DNA of 64,000 nt. Source: Candidatus Binatia bacterium. GTDB lineage: Bacteria; Desulfobacterota; Binatia; UBA9968; CAXXLF01. Positions 10,407 through 20,418 of this stretch are shown in pieces. The stretch covers positions 896,001-960,000 of the forward strand of contig CAXXLF010000001.1 of NCBI GenBank assembly GCA_963664015.2. Reading direction: 5' to 3'. A program made the translations under genes and the position numbers. The notes below the pieces were generated by a model that did no database searches, was not told the origin of the DNA, and saw only the letters and a list, made by a program, of their open reading frames with translations. Position 1 is the first letter of the stretch. Each line of letters starts with the position of its first letter.

Positions 10407-11228
10407 CTAGGGATCCTGATTGTAAAACTCCATGAAATCTGACCAGGCCTTTTCCGAAAGATACTGTCCCCGCGAGTCAAGTTTCCGTACCGACCGTAAC
10501 AACCGAAGGAGGTTTTTGTTTGCCTTTAAGGGGCTGAGTTTTTCCGGAAATAGCCTGGCCTTGTCAAAATCGATTAGAAAAACCTCAACGGATCCGGGCT
10601 GCCTACGCACCATTATATTTTTCAGATTGAGATCCGCGTGGTAAATACCCTTAAAGTGCATTCGGCGAACACCCTGAGCTACGGCACAAAGAAGCAACCG
10701 GGTATCTTCTCTGGTAAGACTGTTTTTCAGCGCAAGCCAAAGGTCCTGGGCCCCAGCAAGTTCCCGGCTAACCAGCCACCCTCGATAGAAAGGCCCGCAG
10801 GTCCTTTGGACGAGTGCCGCCAGGACATCTACAGTGGGAACCCCGCGGCGCCGGACCTCGTCAGTAATGACCAGCTCGGCAAAAGGCCGGGTGGGCCAGG
10901 TAAAGAACACCTGCCCGGTGATTTTGCGCAAAAGTCCCCCATGCCGGTATTGACGAGCCAAGGCAACGTTGCCCTCCGCCACTTGGATACGACGGAGGGT
11001 TCCTCTCCCGTAGTGGGGGGGCGGCTCTTCGGGTACCGTGACCGGCCTCATGACCGAGGCCGCAAGCCGATACGCATTGATCCCATCTTGGATCAACATC
11101 AGTTGTCCGCCACGCAGGCATACCCGTCTATATCCATCCGGTACCGGCCCCCAGATCCATGATTCGAACATGATATTTTTATCCTTGGCGGCCCCCTCTA
11201 ACGTTCTCGCCACTTGGGAAACCATCAC
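10407..11228 (-). CDS. Kdo kinase (KdkA-like)
   Basis: GRG, RQYRHGGLL, RPFAE, HFKGIYHADLNLKNI, LIDFDKA, NLLRLLRS. Confidence 0.82.
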   Translation of the reverse strand: MMVSQVARTLEGAAKDKNIMFESWIWGPVPDGYRRVCLRGGQLMLIQDGINAYRLAASVMRPVTVPEEPPPHYGRGTLRRIQVAEGNVALARQYRHGGLLRKITGQVFFTWPTRPFAELVITDEVRRRGVPTVDVLAALVQRTCGPFYRGWLVSRELAGAQDLWLALKNSLTREDTRLLLCAVAQGVRRMHFKGIYHADLNLKNIMVRRQPGSVEVFLIDFDKARLFPEKLSPLKANKNLLRLLRSVRKLDSRGQYLSEKAWSDFMEFYNQDP

Positions 11229-11271
11229 CGTTCAACGACTCACCGGCATTCCAGGTGCATTCCCGGTCCAT

Positions 11272-11982
11272 TCACTTCCCGCTGGACCGGCTTGTTTCAT
11301 GCCACTTTATCCCTCCAACCATCGTCCCGTAGGCCGACAACGCCGACAAACTCAAACCCGCCATCCCTTGAAACACAAGCCCTTTCACGAACAAAAGCCG
11401 TATCAGCACCCACATGGGATACGTAACTAGGGAGGTTCGACTCAATGCCCGCCCATCGGATCCCAATTCCTGGGCCCATAGGCTGGAGACTACGTTGAGG
11501 CGCTCGACCCCGACGGCAAGTTCCGAGGAGGAGTAATCGTTAATCCATCCTGGGAGCACAGTAGCTTTTCCATTGTGAACGGGAGATTGAGAATTCCACC
11601 AATGGATGGGAAAATCCCTCGTTTCACGACACAGACGCATCGAAGGCGTCGGACTCCAAAGGCTTCCCTCGACCCAACGCCCAAGCAGAAAAGAACGGAT
11701 CGGGACCCGGTAGGCCGGCAATGATTGACCGGGGTCCTCCCGACGGAGACGTTGGAGCGCATCCGCAAGCTGGTCCTCCACGCATTCATCCCCCCATAGG
11801 TGTAACACCCAATCCGTATGGGTCGCCTGAATGGCTTTTCCGGATCCTCCAGAAATATGGGCTGCCTCCTCCTGGTCCAATGGGCAAATGGTTACCGTAT
11901 CCGCCCACTGGACGCTCTCCAGGCACTGGGACAGATGGCTCATCCCTCGCAGGCTATAAACAACAACACCAAGGGTAGGCAT
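11272..11982 (-). CDS. Degenerate GT2-like protein (paralog of 7682..8467 lacking the catalytic motifs)
   Basis: CLESVQWAD, DWVLHLWGDE (DAD changed to WGD), FLLGRW, GLVFQGMAG resemble the neighbouring GT2, but the VVVDSFSTDGT segment is missing. Confidence 0.6.
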   Translation of the reverse strand: MPTLGVVVYSLRGMSHLSQCLESVQWADTVTICPLDQEEAAHISGGSGKAIQATHTDWVLHLWGDECVEDQLADALQRLRREDPGQSLPAYRVPIRSFLLGRWVEGSLWSPTPSMRLCRETRDFPIHWWNSQSPVHNGKATVLPGWINDYSSSELAVGVERLNVVSSLWAQELGSDGRALSRTSLVTYPMWVLIRLLFVKGLVFQGMAGLSLSALSAYGTMVGGIKWHETSRSSGK

Positions 11983-11989
11983 GGAATCG

Positions 11990-13171
11990 CTAGAGGGAAA
12001 CAAACTCAGGCACAGGATCGGCTCGATCCTCGCCACTGGTTTGCCCCCGATGGCTGAGAAGCCGCTTTACCGCTTGCATGACTTCCTCTGCTGGGATCAA
12101 GCGGATACAGTCCTCCGTACCAAGGGGACATCGCAGGCCACCATGCAAAGCGCAAGGGCGACAGGGGAGGCTCTTCTCGACAACAACGGCCCTGGAAGAG
12201 TAAGGGTAAAACCCCAAGCCCGGAGTAGTAGCGCAAAAAACGGCGACCACAGGGACTCCTCGTGCCACCGCAACATGCATGGGCATGCTGTCGTTAGTGA
12301 TAAAGACGTCACACCATTCCAGAGCACCCGCAAGCTCCGCAAGGCTGGTCCGCCCGACGAGATTACGTCCCAGATGACCGACCAGTCCCTGAATTCGGTC
12401 CACGATGGCAGCATCATCAGGCCCGCCAAACAGCAATACCTCACAATCGTATGTCTGTTTCAATCGACGCACCAACTCGGCGTACCTCTCCGCCGACCAC
12501 CTTTTGGTCGGCCATACGGAACCGGGGTTTAGACCTACGATAACCTTCCCCTCCTTTCGCTCGACACCTAGGGATTGAAACAAACGCGCCACCGTCGCCC
12601 GGGCGGCGGGGCTGACTTCGACGCGCAAGCGCTTGACACACTGCCACGGCTCAATGCCGAAGGGTTTAAGAATCGATAGATTTCTTTCAACATCGTGGCT
12701 CCGAGAATTACGATCCACACGATCATGGTAGAAGAACCAGCCGGTACTCTGGCGAAACCCGATACGATATGGAATCCCGGCTAGGGTGAGCAGCAGTGCG
12801 GTGCGCAAGGACTTGTGGGGCGAAACAGCGACGGTAAAGTTCTGGGCATTCAATTGCCTGGCCTTGATCCATAAGCCCTTGATTCCGCTCCCCTCGCTCT
12901 TTTTATCGTCGGTTATAATGTCATCCAGATCGGGATTAGCCTCGAGTAGGCCCCGTGCAGCCGGGGTGCATAGAATCGCCAATCGGGCCTCAGGAAATCG
13001 CCGCCTGAGTTCAGAGATAAGGGGGGTGGTGAGGACAACATCGCCAAGGAAACTGGTTTGAACGATGAGAATCCTCTCTCCCGCTCCGCGGTCAGAAATG
13101 TGCAGGAAAGCACCCATGAAGGGATGGCCAAGATCGTTCACTGGATCGCCCAGTGGGCACACTCCATCCAA
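11990..13171 (-). CDS. waaF: LPS heptosyltransferase II (GT9)
   Basis: ILIVQTSFLGDVVL, HDVERNL, NPGSVWPTKRW, TNDSMPMHVA, CRPC; start may be ATG 13117. Confidence 0.85.
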   Translation of the reverse strand: MDGVCPLGDPVNDLGHPFMGAFLHISDRGAGERILIVQTSFLGDVVLTTPLISELRRRFPEARLAILCTPAARGLLEANPDLDDIITDDKKSEGSGIKGLWIKARQLNAQNFTVAVSPHKSLRTALLLTLAGIPYRIGFRQSTGWFFYHDRVDRNSRSHDVERNLSILKPFGIEPWQCVKRLRVEVSPAARATVARLFQSLGVERKEGKVIVGLNPGSVWPTKRWSAERYAELVRRLKQTYDCEVLLFGGPDDAAIVDRIQGLVGHLGRNLVGRTSLAELAGALEWCDVFITNDSMPMHVAVARGVPVVAVFCATTPGLGFYPYSSRAVVVEKSLPCRPCALHGGLRCPLGTEDCIRLIPAEEVMQAVKRLLSHRGQTSGEDRADPVPEFVSL

Positions 13172-13177
13172 ACCGCC

Positions 13178-13345
13178 TCACAGCTTGATCGCCTCATCAA
13201 TCAACATTACCGGGATGTCGCCTTTGATGGGATACAGCAATGCACAGGTTTCACAGACGAGCCCATCCTCTGATTCGTTCAGATGGATGTCCCCTTTACA
13301 TTTTGGACACGCCAATATGTCCAGAAGGTCTTGGCTGATACTCAT
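13178..13345 (-). CDS. Trm112/YcaR family small zinc-ribbon protein (55 aa); absent from ORF track
   Basis: Manual translation MSISQDLLDILACPKCKGDIHLNESEDGLVCETCALLYPIKGDIPVMLIDEAIKL*; GGAGG RBS; ycaR commonly lies near lpxK. Confidence 0.92.
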   Translation of the reverse strand: MSISQDLLDILACPKCKGDIHLNESEDGLVCETCALLYPIKGDIPVMLIDEAIKL

Positions 13346-13417
13346 AGGGTTGCCCTCCCTTATTCTTAACGAATCTATGCCCCGTGCCCAGGGCGCTTCA
13401 CTCTTTTCACTCGGTTT

Positions 13418-14032
13418 TTACTTTCTCACCGGAGTTGCCTCTGATGGAAATCTAATCTGCAAATCTTGTACAATTTCTTCTACGGCACTCCAAAAATCGG
13501 GTACGGTTGCCCAGGGGAGCGGAGTCCGAGTTCCCTCTAGGGAACGCTCCTTCGCACCGGGCCGCGCCGTATCGATGAGGAGCCCCTTGGCTCCCACTTG
13601 GTCGGCCAACATGATGTCGCTAATCTGATCCCCCACCAAATAAGAACCAACGGCTGTTAGGCCCAATTCGGAACAGGCCCGGTGCACCATCCCGGGCTTC
13701 GGCTTGCGGCATTCGCAAGAGACTCGATAGGGGTCGCGCCCCTCGGTCGGATGATGAGGACAGTAATAGATGCCGTCTAGCGATGCACCTTCCCCTGATA
13801 AGCGTATACCAATTTCACGGTGAATCCCATCAAGGCCCTGCTCGTTGAGAAGGCCACGGGCCACCGCCGACTGGTTTGTCACCATAACAACCTTCAAGCC
13901 ATAGGATTGCAGAATTAAAATTGCCTCAGCAACCCTGGGGAGGAGTTCAATTTGATCTATTCGAGAGAGATAACCGACCTCACGAATGAGAGTCCCATCG
14001 CGGTCGACAAAGGCTGCCCGATGGCTAGGCAT
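13418..14032 (-). CDS. gmhB: D-glycero-beta-D-manno-heptose 1,7-bisphosphate 7-phosphatase
   Basis: FVDRDGTL, VTNQS, CPHHP, CECRKPKPGM, VGDQISD. Confidence 0.93.
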   Translation of the reverse strand: MPSHRAAFVDRDGTLIREVGYLSRIDQIELLPRVAEAILILQSYGLKVVMVTNQSAVARGLLNEQGLDGIHREIGIRLSGEGASLDGIYYCPHHPTEGRDPYRVSCECRKPKPGMVHRACSELGLTAVGSYLVGDQISDIMLADQVGAKGLLIDTARPGAKERSLEGTRTPLPWATVPDFWSAVEEIVQDLQIRFPSEATPVRK

Positions 14033-15140
14033 CGGCCCGTCTCCTCTCCTCCGCCTCGCTTCTTTTGACCCCAAGTGCTTCTACCACTGCATCGACAAGC
14101 TTCCGCCCTTCATCTACGACCATGCTCACTCGCAATGCATAAAGTTTATCGTTGGCAAATGGGAATTGGACAAGTTTCACGATATCCTTCTCGGTCGTTA
14201 TCACGCGGTCCACATTTCGGGCGCAGCGGCTAATCGTCTGCCAATCCTTCGTGGAGTATTCATGATGGTCGGGGAACTCCAAAGTATCTACAATATCACC
14301 ACCCCAATCCTGAATCATACGGTAAAATACGGCGGCGTTGGCGATACCGGAGATCGCCAGGATCTTGCATCCGGACACCTTACCCAAAGGCACCTCTACC
14401 CAACGCTGATCCTCCCATACAACCACCGCTGTAGGCTCAAGGGACCCGTAGAAGCAAACAGGTTTCTTTGATTTTCGAAAGAGGAAGGGGTCCCATTTTT
14501 CTCTGGACCCCGTTACGAGGCAAATATGGGCTCGTCCCAACGCGCTTCTAGGTTCGCGAAAGGGACCCGCCGGCAGCAACCATCCCTGCCAATCCTCTCC
14601 CAAAAGCAAAAGGTCCAGATCCCGGTGCAGTCTGCGGTGTTGAAAGCCATCATCCAATAGAAAAACGTCAATTTCGTTCTCCTGGAGCAAACAAGTCCCC
14701 ACTTCGTACCGTCTTTTTCCCACTCCCACCTTATTCCCATAGAGCCCGGCCATAATCATGGGTTCATCCCCGACGATCTGAGCGTTTTCGATCTGTTCGG
14801 ATCCCGGCTCCAGTATTCTGGGACCCGAGCCTTTGCTCTTATAGCCCCTGCTCAGGATTGCAACCCGGTATCCGCGCTCCGTCAGTTCCTGTGCCAACCA
14901 CAGGGTTGTCGGGGTTTTACCGGTGCCCCCTACGGTCAGATTTCCCACACTCACCACCAGGCAAGGCAGCTTTTTAATTCGTAACCTGGCCGCCGAATAA
15001 AGAGAGTTTCGTAGTCGAGCCCATAAGGAATAGAGAAGAGAAAGCGGGATCAAGACAATCCACAGAAGCCACGGGAAAAGACCCCGCCGTTCCCAAACCC
15101 GTCGCGCTAAAGATTCCGGTCCCTTCATCAGACACTGCAC
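14025..15140 (-). CDS. lpxK: Tetraacyldisaccharide 4'-kinase
   Basis: SVGNLTVGGTGKTP, LSRGY, GDEP, DDGFQH, LPAGPFRE, FPDHH, TTEKD. Confidence 0.96.
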   Translation of the reverse strand: MQCLMKGPESLARRVWERRGLFPWLLWIVLIPLSLLYSLWARLRNSLYSAARLRIKKLPCLVVSVGNLTVGGTGKTPTTLWLAQELTERGYRVAILSRGYKSKGSGPRILEPGSEQIENAQIVGDEPMIMAGLYGNKVGVGKRRYEVGTCLLQENEIDVFLLDDGFQHRRLHRDLDLLLLGEDWQGWLLPAGPFREPRSALGRAHICLVTGSREKWDPFLFRKSKKPVCFYGSLEPTAVVVWEDQRWVEVPLGKVSGCKILAISGIANAAVFYRMIQDWGGDIVDTLEFPDHHEYSTKDWQTISRCARNVDRVITTEKDIVKLVQFPFANDKLYALRVSMVVDEGRKLVDAVVEALGVKRSEAEERRRADA

Positions 15141-15210
15141 CGGGCCGCCAGATTACAGGGGATTTGGTTTATCCAAAAGAATTTCCTGGATCCAGCCGCC
15201 AGTTGGAACG

Positions 15211-16494
15211 TTACAGGTATCGGCCAATCAGCCCCATACTTCGGTCAACCACTCCTCGATCACCCTCCACCACTCGCTTCGCCTTTTCTCCGACCTCCAG
15301 TGCCTTCTCCGGCTCCCCAAGAAACATAGAAATGACCCGCGTCAGATCCTCCTCTCCACTGACCTCGATGCCGCCGCCCTGTTGCTTCATTTCATCGGCA
15401 AGATCCGAGAAATTGGCCATGTGAGGGCCGAAAAGAACCGGTTTACTCCAACGAGCCGGCTCAATGAGATTGTGGCCGCCCGCATCAACGAGACTCCCGC
15501 CGATGAATACCACGTGGGCCAAACGATAGATGGCAGGCAACTCGCCAAGAGTATCTAGAAAAACGATATCCGCATCGCCCGCGCCATGGCCGTTCATTTC
15601 ACTCTTTTTCACGTAGTTCAGTTTTTTTCTTTGCAGGAGTTTTTCCACTTCATCAAAACGCTGCGGATGTCTCGGGGCCAGAATCATCAGAAGATCCGGG
15701 TTCCGGGATTTAAGGTTCAAGAAGGTGTCCAGCAATACCTGCTCTTCACCCCGATGGGTACTTCCGGCCACCAGGATCCGTCTTGGCGTATCGCCGTTGA
15801 GGCTCCCCATGGTCTCATCCATGCCCTCCGCTTCCAAAGAACCCCAATTGGCGTGCTTCAGGTTACCGGTCACCATCACCTTATTCGGATCCACCCCAAG
15901 ATCGGCAACACGTTCAGCGTATTGCTGGCTCTGCATCCCGAACGTGGTAATCTGCCTCAGTACCCGGGAGAAAAACCATCTGAAAAAGCGGTAGCGGCGA
16001 AATGCCCGAGGTGAGATTCGACCACTGATCAGTAAGGTGGGAACCCCCCGGCTATGAGCCAGGTGCAAGAGATTGGGCCAGAATTCGGTCTCGAGAAATA
16101 TCAAGAGAGCTGGATCAAACAGGCTCAACGTCCGACGAATCACCCACGGATGGTCCAAGGGTAAAAAAATTACACCATCGGCGATGGGTTGGCTCTGACA
16201 GGCCATTCGATATCCGGCACGAGTGAATGTCGACAGGAGTATTTTTCGATCGGGGAATCTCTTCCGAATTTCGATCACCAGAGAGTTTGCCGCCCGCACT
16301 TCCCCCACTGAAACCGCATGGATCCATACGGGTCGGGAACCTAGCAGAGCATCCTTAACCCTCCGCGGGTAAAAACCGACCCGCTCCAAAAATCCCACCC
16401 GGATCCCCCTCGTAAAGAGAAGGGCCAGCAGAATAAAGGGCAGGCTCAAAATCAATAAAAGGCTCAACAAACTATTATAGACCCAATAGATCAT
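15211..16494 (-). CDS. waaA: Kdo transferase
   Basis: WIHAVSVGE, ETEFWPN, TGNLK, AGSTHRGEE, APRHPQR, GGHNLIEPA. Confidence 0.96.
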   Translation of the reverse strand: MIYWVYNSLLSLLLILSLPFILLALLFTRGIRVGFLERVGFYPRRVKDALLGSRPVWIHAVSVGEVRAANSLVIEIRKRFPDRKILLSTFTRAGYRMACQSQPIADGVIFLPLDHPWVIRRTLSLFDPALLIFLETEFWPNLLHLAHSRGVPTLLISGRISPRAFRRYRFFRWFFSRVLRQITTFGMQSQQYAERVADLGVDPNKVMVTGNLKHANWGSLEAEGMDETMGSLNGDTPRRILVAGSTHRGEEQVLLDTFLNLKSRNPDLLMILAPRHPQRFDEVEKLLQRKKLNYVKKSEMNGHGAGDADIVFLDTLGELPAIYRLAHVVFIGGSLVDAGGHNLIEPARWSKPVLFGPHMANFSDLADEMKQQGGGIEVSGEEDLTRVISMFLGEPEKALEVGEKAKRVVEGDRGVVDRSMGLIGRYL

Positions 16495-16500
16495 GGATTC

Positions 16501-18255
16501 TCAGTGCAGCACCTTGTCCCGCGGGAGGCCCTCATTCTCTAGCAGTTGCATTGTGTACAGCTTGCTGTATTCGGTGTTGCGGGCCAGCAGTTCTTCGTGG
16601 GTCCCTTCCTCAACAATGCTCCCTCCCGCAAGTACGGCAATTCGTGCCGCCTTGCGAATCGTTGAGAGTCTGTGAGCAATGACCAGCGTCGTGCGGCGGG
16701 TCATCAGGCGCTCCAGTGCTTCTTGAACGAGTCGCTCCGACTCGGCGTCCAGAGCTGATGTGGCTTCGTCGAGAATGAGGATGGGACCATCCTTGAGCAG
16801 CGCACGGGCGATGGAGACCCTTTGCCGTTGACCACCTGAGAGTTTCAAACCCATCTCCCCAATCACCGTATCGTAACCCTGCGGCATAGCTGAGACAAAC
16901 TCGTGGGCATGGGCGGCGCTGGCCGCCGCAATGATCTGATCCATATCCTTGGATCGATCACCGTAAGCAATGTTGTTTTTTACCGTATCGTTAAAAAGAA
17001 AGGTTTGCTGCGTGACGATTCCAATTTGGGAACGAAGCGAGGCAAGGGTCAATTCCCGGATATCGACCCCGTCGAAAGTGATACTTCCCGCACCCACATC
17101 GTAAAATCTCGGAATGAGGTCCGCTAAGGTGCTTTTTCCAACGCCGCTGACTCCCACAACGGCAACGACTTCCCCCCAGTTCATCTTAAGATTGATGTCC
17201 TTTAGGACGGGATTCCGATCGTAGCTGAAGTTGACATTATGGAATTCGATCCCCTTAGAAAAGGGAGGTGCTTCCCGACTGCCGGGATTGTCCTTGATCT
17301 CAGGATCCGTATCCAGAACCTCAAATACCCGTTCGGCACCGGCCATGGCCTGATAAATCAGCGAATAGGTTCGGCTCAGATGTTTGAAAGGTTGGTACAG
17401 GAGAAACATAGCCGCCATAAAGGCCATAAACTCCCCTTGCGTACGACCGCCGCCAATGACACTGGATCCGCCGTACCACACCACGGCTCCGATGGCGAAG
17501 GCGGCCAGCAGTTCCATCGCCGGAGTGACAATGGCCTTACTCCGACTGGCCCTGACAAATTGTGTAAAAAGGCGCTGATTCTCTTCAGAGAACCGGTTGA
17601 TCTCATATGCCTCCATCCCGAATGCCTTGACGATTCGGTTTCCCTGGATATTCTCCTGAAGGAGCGTGGTTAGATTCCCGATGCTGACCTGTCCCCTCTT
17701 GGTGAATCGCTTGATTTTTTTACTCAAGCGCAGAACAGGCAATACGGAAGCCGGGAACACGGCAAAGGCGATCGAGGCCAGGACCCAATCCTTAATAAAC
17801 GCGACAACGATCAAGACCAGTAAAGAGGTCGTGTCACGCATCAGAGATGCAACCGAGTCCGTCAGTGCACTACGGATCAGCGATACGTCGTTAGTCACTC
17901 GTGAAATTAGTGTTCCCGTGGGATGACGTTGAAAAAAAGAGAGGGGAAGAGACTGCAAGTGACGGTGGATCGCGTTACGCACGTCCGTAATGATGCGAAG
18001 TCCGACATAATCCGTCAAATAGCTTTGGCCGAAGTTCATTAGTCCTCGGAAGGCAAAAACCCCGACGATCACAAACGGAAGATAGGATAGAGCAGTCATA
18101 TCCTTGCGAGTAAAAATGTCGTCAAAGACCCTTTCGACGATAAATGGCAAACCTCCCATGGTGGCACTGTACCCGAGCATACACACCATGGCGATGGTAA
18201 AATAAGGCCAAAGGTACGGCTTCAGGTACTGAAACAGACGTAAGTAATTGCTCAT
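16501..18255 (-). CDS. msbA: Lipid A export ABC transporter
   Basis: Transmembrane domain plus GVSGVGKST, LSGGQRQR, ILDEATS; lies between lpxB and waaA. Confidence 0.92.
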   Translation of the reverse strand: MSNYLRLFQYLKPYLWPYFTIAMVCMLGYSATMGGLPFIVERVFDDIFTRKDMTALSYLPFVIVGVFAFRGLMNFGQSYLTDYVGLRIITDVRNAIHRHLQSLPLSFFQRHPTGTLISRVTNDVSLIRSALTDSVASLMRDTTSLLVLIVVAFIKDWVLASIAFAVFPASVLPVLRLSKKIKRFTKRGQVSIGNLTTLLQENIQGNRIVKAFGMEAYEINRFSEENQRLFTQFVRASRSKAIVTPAMELLAAFAIGAVVWYGGSSVIGGGRTQGEFMAFMAAMFLLYQPFKHLSRTYSLIYQAMAGAERVFEVLDTDPEIKDNPGSREAPPFSKGIEFHNVNFSYDRNPVLKDINLKMNWGEVVAVVGVSGVGKSTLADLIPRFYDVGAGSITFDGVDIRELTLASLRSQIGIVTQQTFLFNDTVKNNIAYGDRSKDMDQIIAAASAAHAHEFVSAMPQGYDTVIGEMGLKLSGGQRQRVSIARALLKDGPILILDEATSALDAESERLVQEALERLMTRRTTLVIAHRLSTIRKAARIAVLAGGSIVEEGTHEELLARNTEYSKLYTMQLLENEGLPRDKVLH

Positions 18256-18278
18256 TTTCCGTCCTCCCCTATCAATGC

Positions 18279-19451
18279 CTAGGGCTTCATCAGGGAGAAA
18301 GCCAATTCGGCCACGCGGGTAGGGGCTCCTGGCGAGCCCAACCGTTGCCGGACTTCCCCCAATCTTGCCACCGTTCGCCGGTACAATTTGGGGTCGCTCA
18401 GAAAACTCTCGGTCTCTGCAACAATTCTCTGTTCCGTCAGGCCGCTTTGAATAAGCTCGGGAACCACTCTATCTCCCGCAATGATATTGACCATCCCGAT
18501 ATGTTTGACCCGTACCAGCAATCGAGCCAAGGTGTACGTTATCCATGACACACGGTAGACTACGATCATCGGCTTTTGTAGCAATGCCGTCTCCAGGGTC
18601 GCCGTTCCGGAAGCCACCCATACAAGGTCTGCCCCACCAACAACATTGTATGTATCTTCATCGGCAATGGGAATAGGAACGGCGGCCCCTGCCAGCTCAG
18701 CCTCCAGATACTCCCGCCCGACGGTACTTGCCCGGGGTAGAATAAATTGGATCCCCTTTTCTCGATTCAATCGTTCCGCCGCCCGAATCATCCGGGGGAG
18801 GTGGTGCTCCACTTCTCTTTGTCGACTACCGGGGAGCATGGCAATAGTCTTTTTATCCGGGTCCAACCCATATCTTCGGAGGGTCGCCTCCCGCGGCCGC
18901 GTGACGTGGACCAATTCCAACAGGGGATGACCCACGAAGGTGACCAACGCTCCTACACTTTCGTAGAGGGAAACTTCGAAAGCGAATACCACCGCAAGAC
19001 GGCTCACCAAGCGGGCAATCTTACGGGTGCGCCGCGGGCGCCATGCCCACACCTGCGGGCTGATATAGTAGAGAACCGGTATCCCCAATTTCTTGGCCCA
19101 ACCAGCCAGTCTGAGGTTGAATTCGGGGAAGTCGATCAGAATTAGAAGGTCCGGCCTTTCTTCACGTAGTAATCGCCGCAGGAGCCAATAGGCTTGCCAC
19201 AGGTTCTTGAGGTTTCTTGCCAGTTCGGTGAAACCCATGCCAGTCAGATGCGAGACCTCAAAGACAACCCGGATCCCAGCCTGCTTGAGGTTCTCTCCAG
19301 CGACCCCAAAAATATCCAAGGTCGGATCCTGCTCAAGCAGTTGCCTGACCAACTGAGCCCCATAGAGATCGCCTGAGGCTTCACCCACAACAAGCATAAT
19401 CCGCTTACGACGGTCAGGGCTTTTGCTCAGAGCCTCCCCCTCAGATGTCAC
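18279..19451 (-). CDS. lpxB: Lipid-A-disaccharide synthase
   Basis: GEASGD, IDFPEFN, YISPQVWAWR, FVGHPL, LPGSR, SGTATLE. Confidence 0.96.
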   Translation of the reverse strand: MTSEGEALSKSPDRRKRIMLVVGEASGDLYGAQLVRQLLEQDPTLDIFGVAGENLKQAGIRVVFEVSHLTGMGFTELARNLKNLWQAYWLLRRLLREERPDLLILIDFPEFNLRLAGWAKKLGIPVLYYISPQVWAWRPRRTRKIARLVSRLAVVFAFEVSLYESVGALVTFVGHPLLELVHVTRPREATLRRYGLDPDKKTIAMLPGSRQREVEHHLPRMIRAAERLNREKGIQFILPRASTVGREYLEAELAGAAVPIPIADEDTYNVVGGADLVWVASGTATLETALLQKPMIVVYRVSWITYTLARLLVRVKHIGMVNIIAGDRVVPELIQSGLTEQRIVAETESFLSDPKLYRRTVARLGEVRQRLGSPGAPTRVAELAFSLMKP

Positions 19452-20392
19452 AGTTGCTCGCTTACCATCGAAGCGATTTTCAGAGCTTTGAGTCCCTCCT
19501 CACCGCTCACCAAAGGGGTACCGCGGGATTGAACCACCTCTAAAAATGATTCAATCTCATCCGCCAAAGCGTCACCTTCTTGCATCTCTACAGTCTCTCC
19601 GAAAATACTATCCAACCCCGTACCTTTGCCTGTTTTTCGATAAATTTGAGCCCGCTTCTGATCATAGTCCAGGGAGATATAAGCGTCGGGCTGAAAGAAC
19701 CGCACCTTTCTCTCTCGCTTCATAGAAACACGGCTCGAGGTCAAATTGGCAATACACCCGTTGGCAAACCGGATTCGGGCATTGGCGATGTCTGGTTTAT
19801 CGGTTAAGATCGCCACACCCACGGCTTCGACACGTTCCACAGGAGATTGCACTAGGCTTGAGATCACATCGATGTCATGGATCATCAAATCTAAGACGAC
19901 ATCCACGTCCGTACCCCGTTCCACGAAAGGAGCGAGCCGATGGCATTCAATAAACTTAGGATTTCGGATCACATTCTCCAAGCTGCGTACCACTGGGTTG
20001 AATCGTTCCAAGTGGCCCACCTGTAAAATGCATTTATTTTTCTTTGCCAGAGCTACCAAAGCGGCCCCCTCGTCCAAGGTGACGCTCATGGGCTTTTCGA
20101 CAAGGACATCAACCCCCTCGGCGAGAAAGGCCCTGGCCAGTTCAAAATGGTGTTGCGTTGGAACGACGATACTAACGCAGCGAACCTTGCCAAACAGTTC
20201 TCCGTAGTCCGTAAAGGAAGCCACGCCAAGGTCCTGACCCACCTGGGCGCTCCGTTTTGCATCGATATCCACAACACCAACAAGTTCTGCCCTAGCAGAG
20301 GCTGCGTACTTGGCGGCATGGTGGTGACCCAGATGCCCAACCCCCACGACTCCAACGGTAATTGCACGATTTTTTTGCATACCTGAATCCAC
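19448..20392 (-). CDS. Gfo/Idh/MocA oxidoreductase, probable GnnA (UDP-GlcNAc 3-dehydrogenase)
   Basis: GVGHLG, EKP, GHLERFNP, DVVLDLMIHDID; lies between lpxA/lpxI and lpxB, where gnnA is found. Confidence 0.75.
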   Translation of the reverse strand: MDSGMQKNRAITVGVVGVGHLGHHHAAKYAASARAELVGVVDIDAKRSAQVGQDLGVASFTDYGELFGKVRCVSIVVPTQHHFELARAFLAEGVDVLVEKPMSVTLDEGAALVALAKKNKCILQVGHLERFNPVVRSLENVIRNPKFIECHRLAPFVERGTDVDVVLDLMIHDIDVISSLVQSPVERVEAVGVAILTDKPDIANARIRFANGCIANLTSSRVSMKRERKVRFFQPDAYISLDYDQKRAQIYRKTGKGTGLDSIFGETVEMQEGDALADEIESFLEVVQSRGTPLVSGEEGLKALKIASMVSEQL

Positions 20393-20418
20393 CGGACTCG
20401 CCTGAACTGATTGATTAT

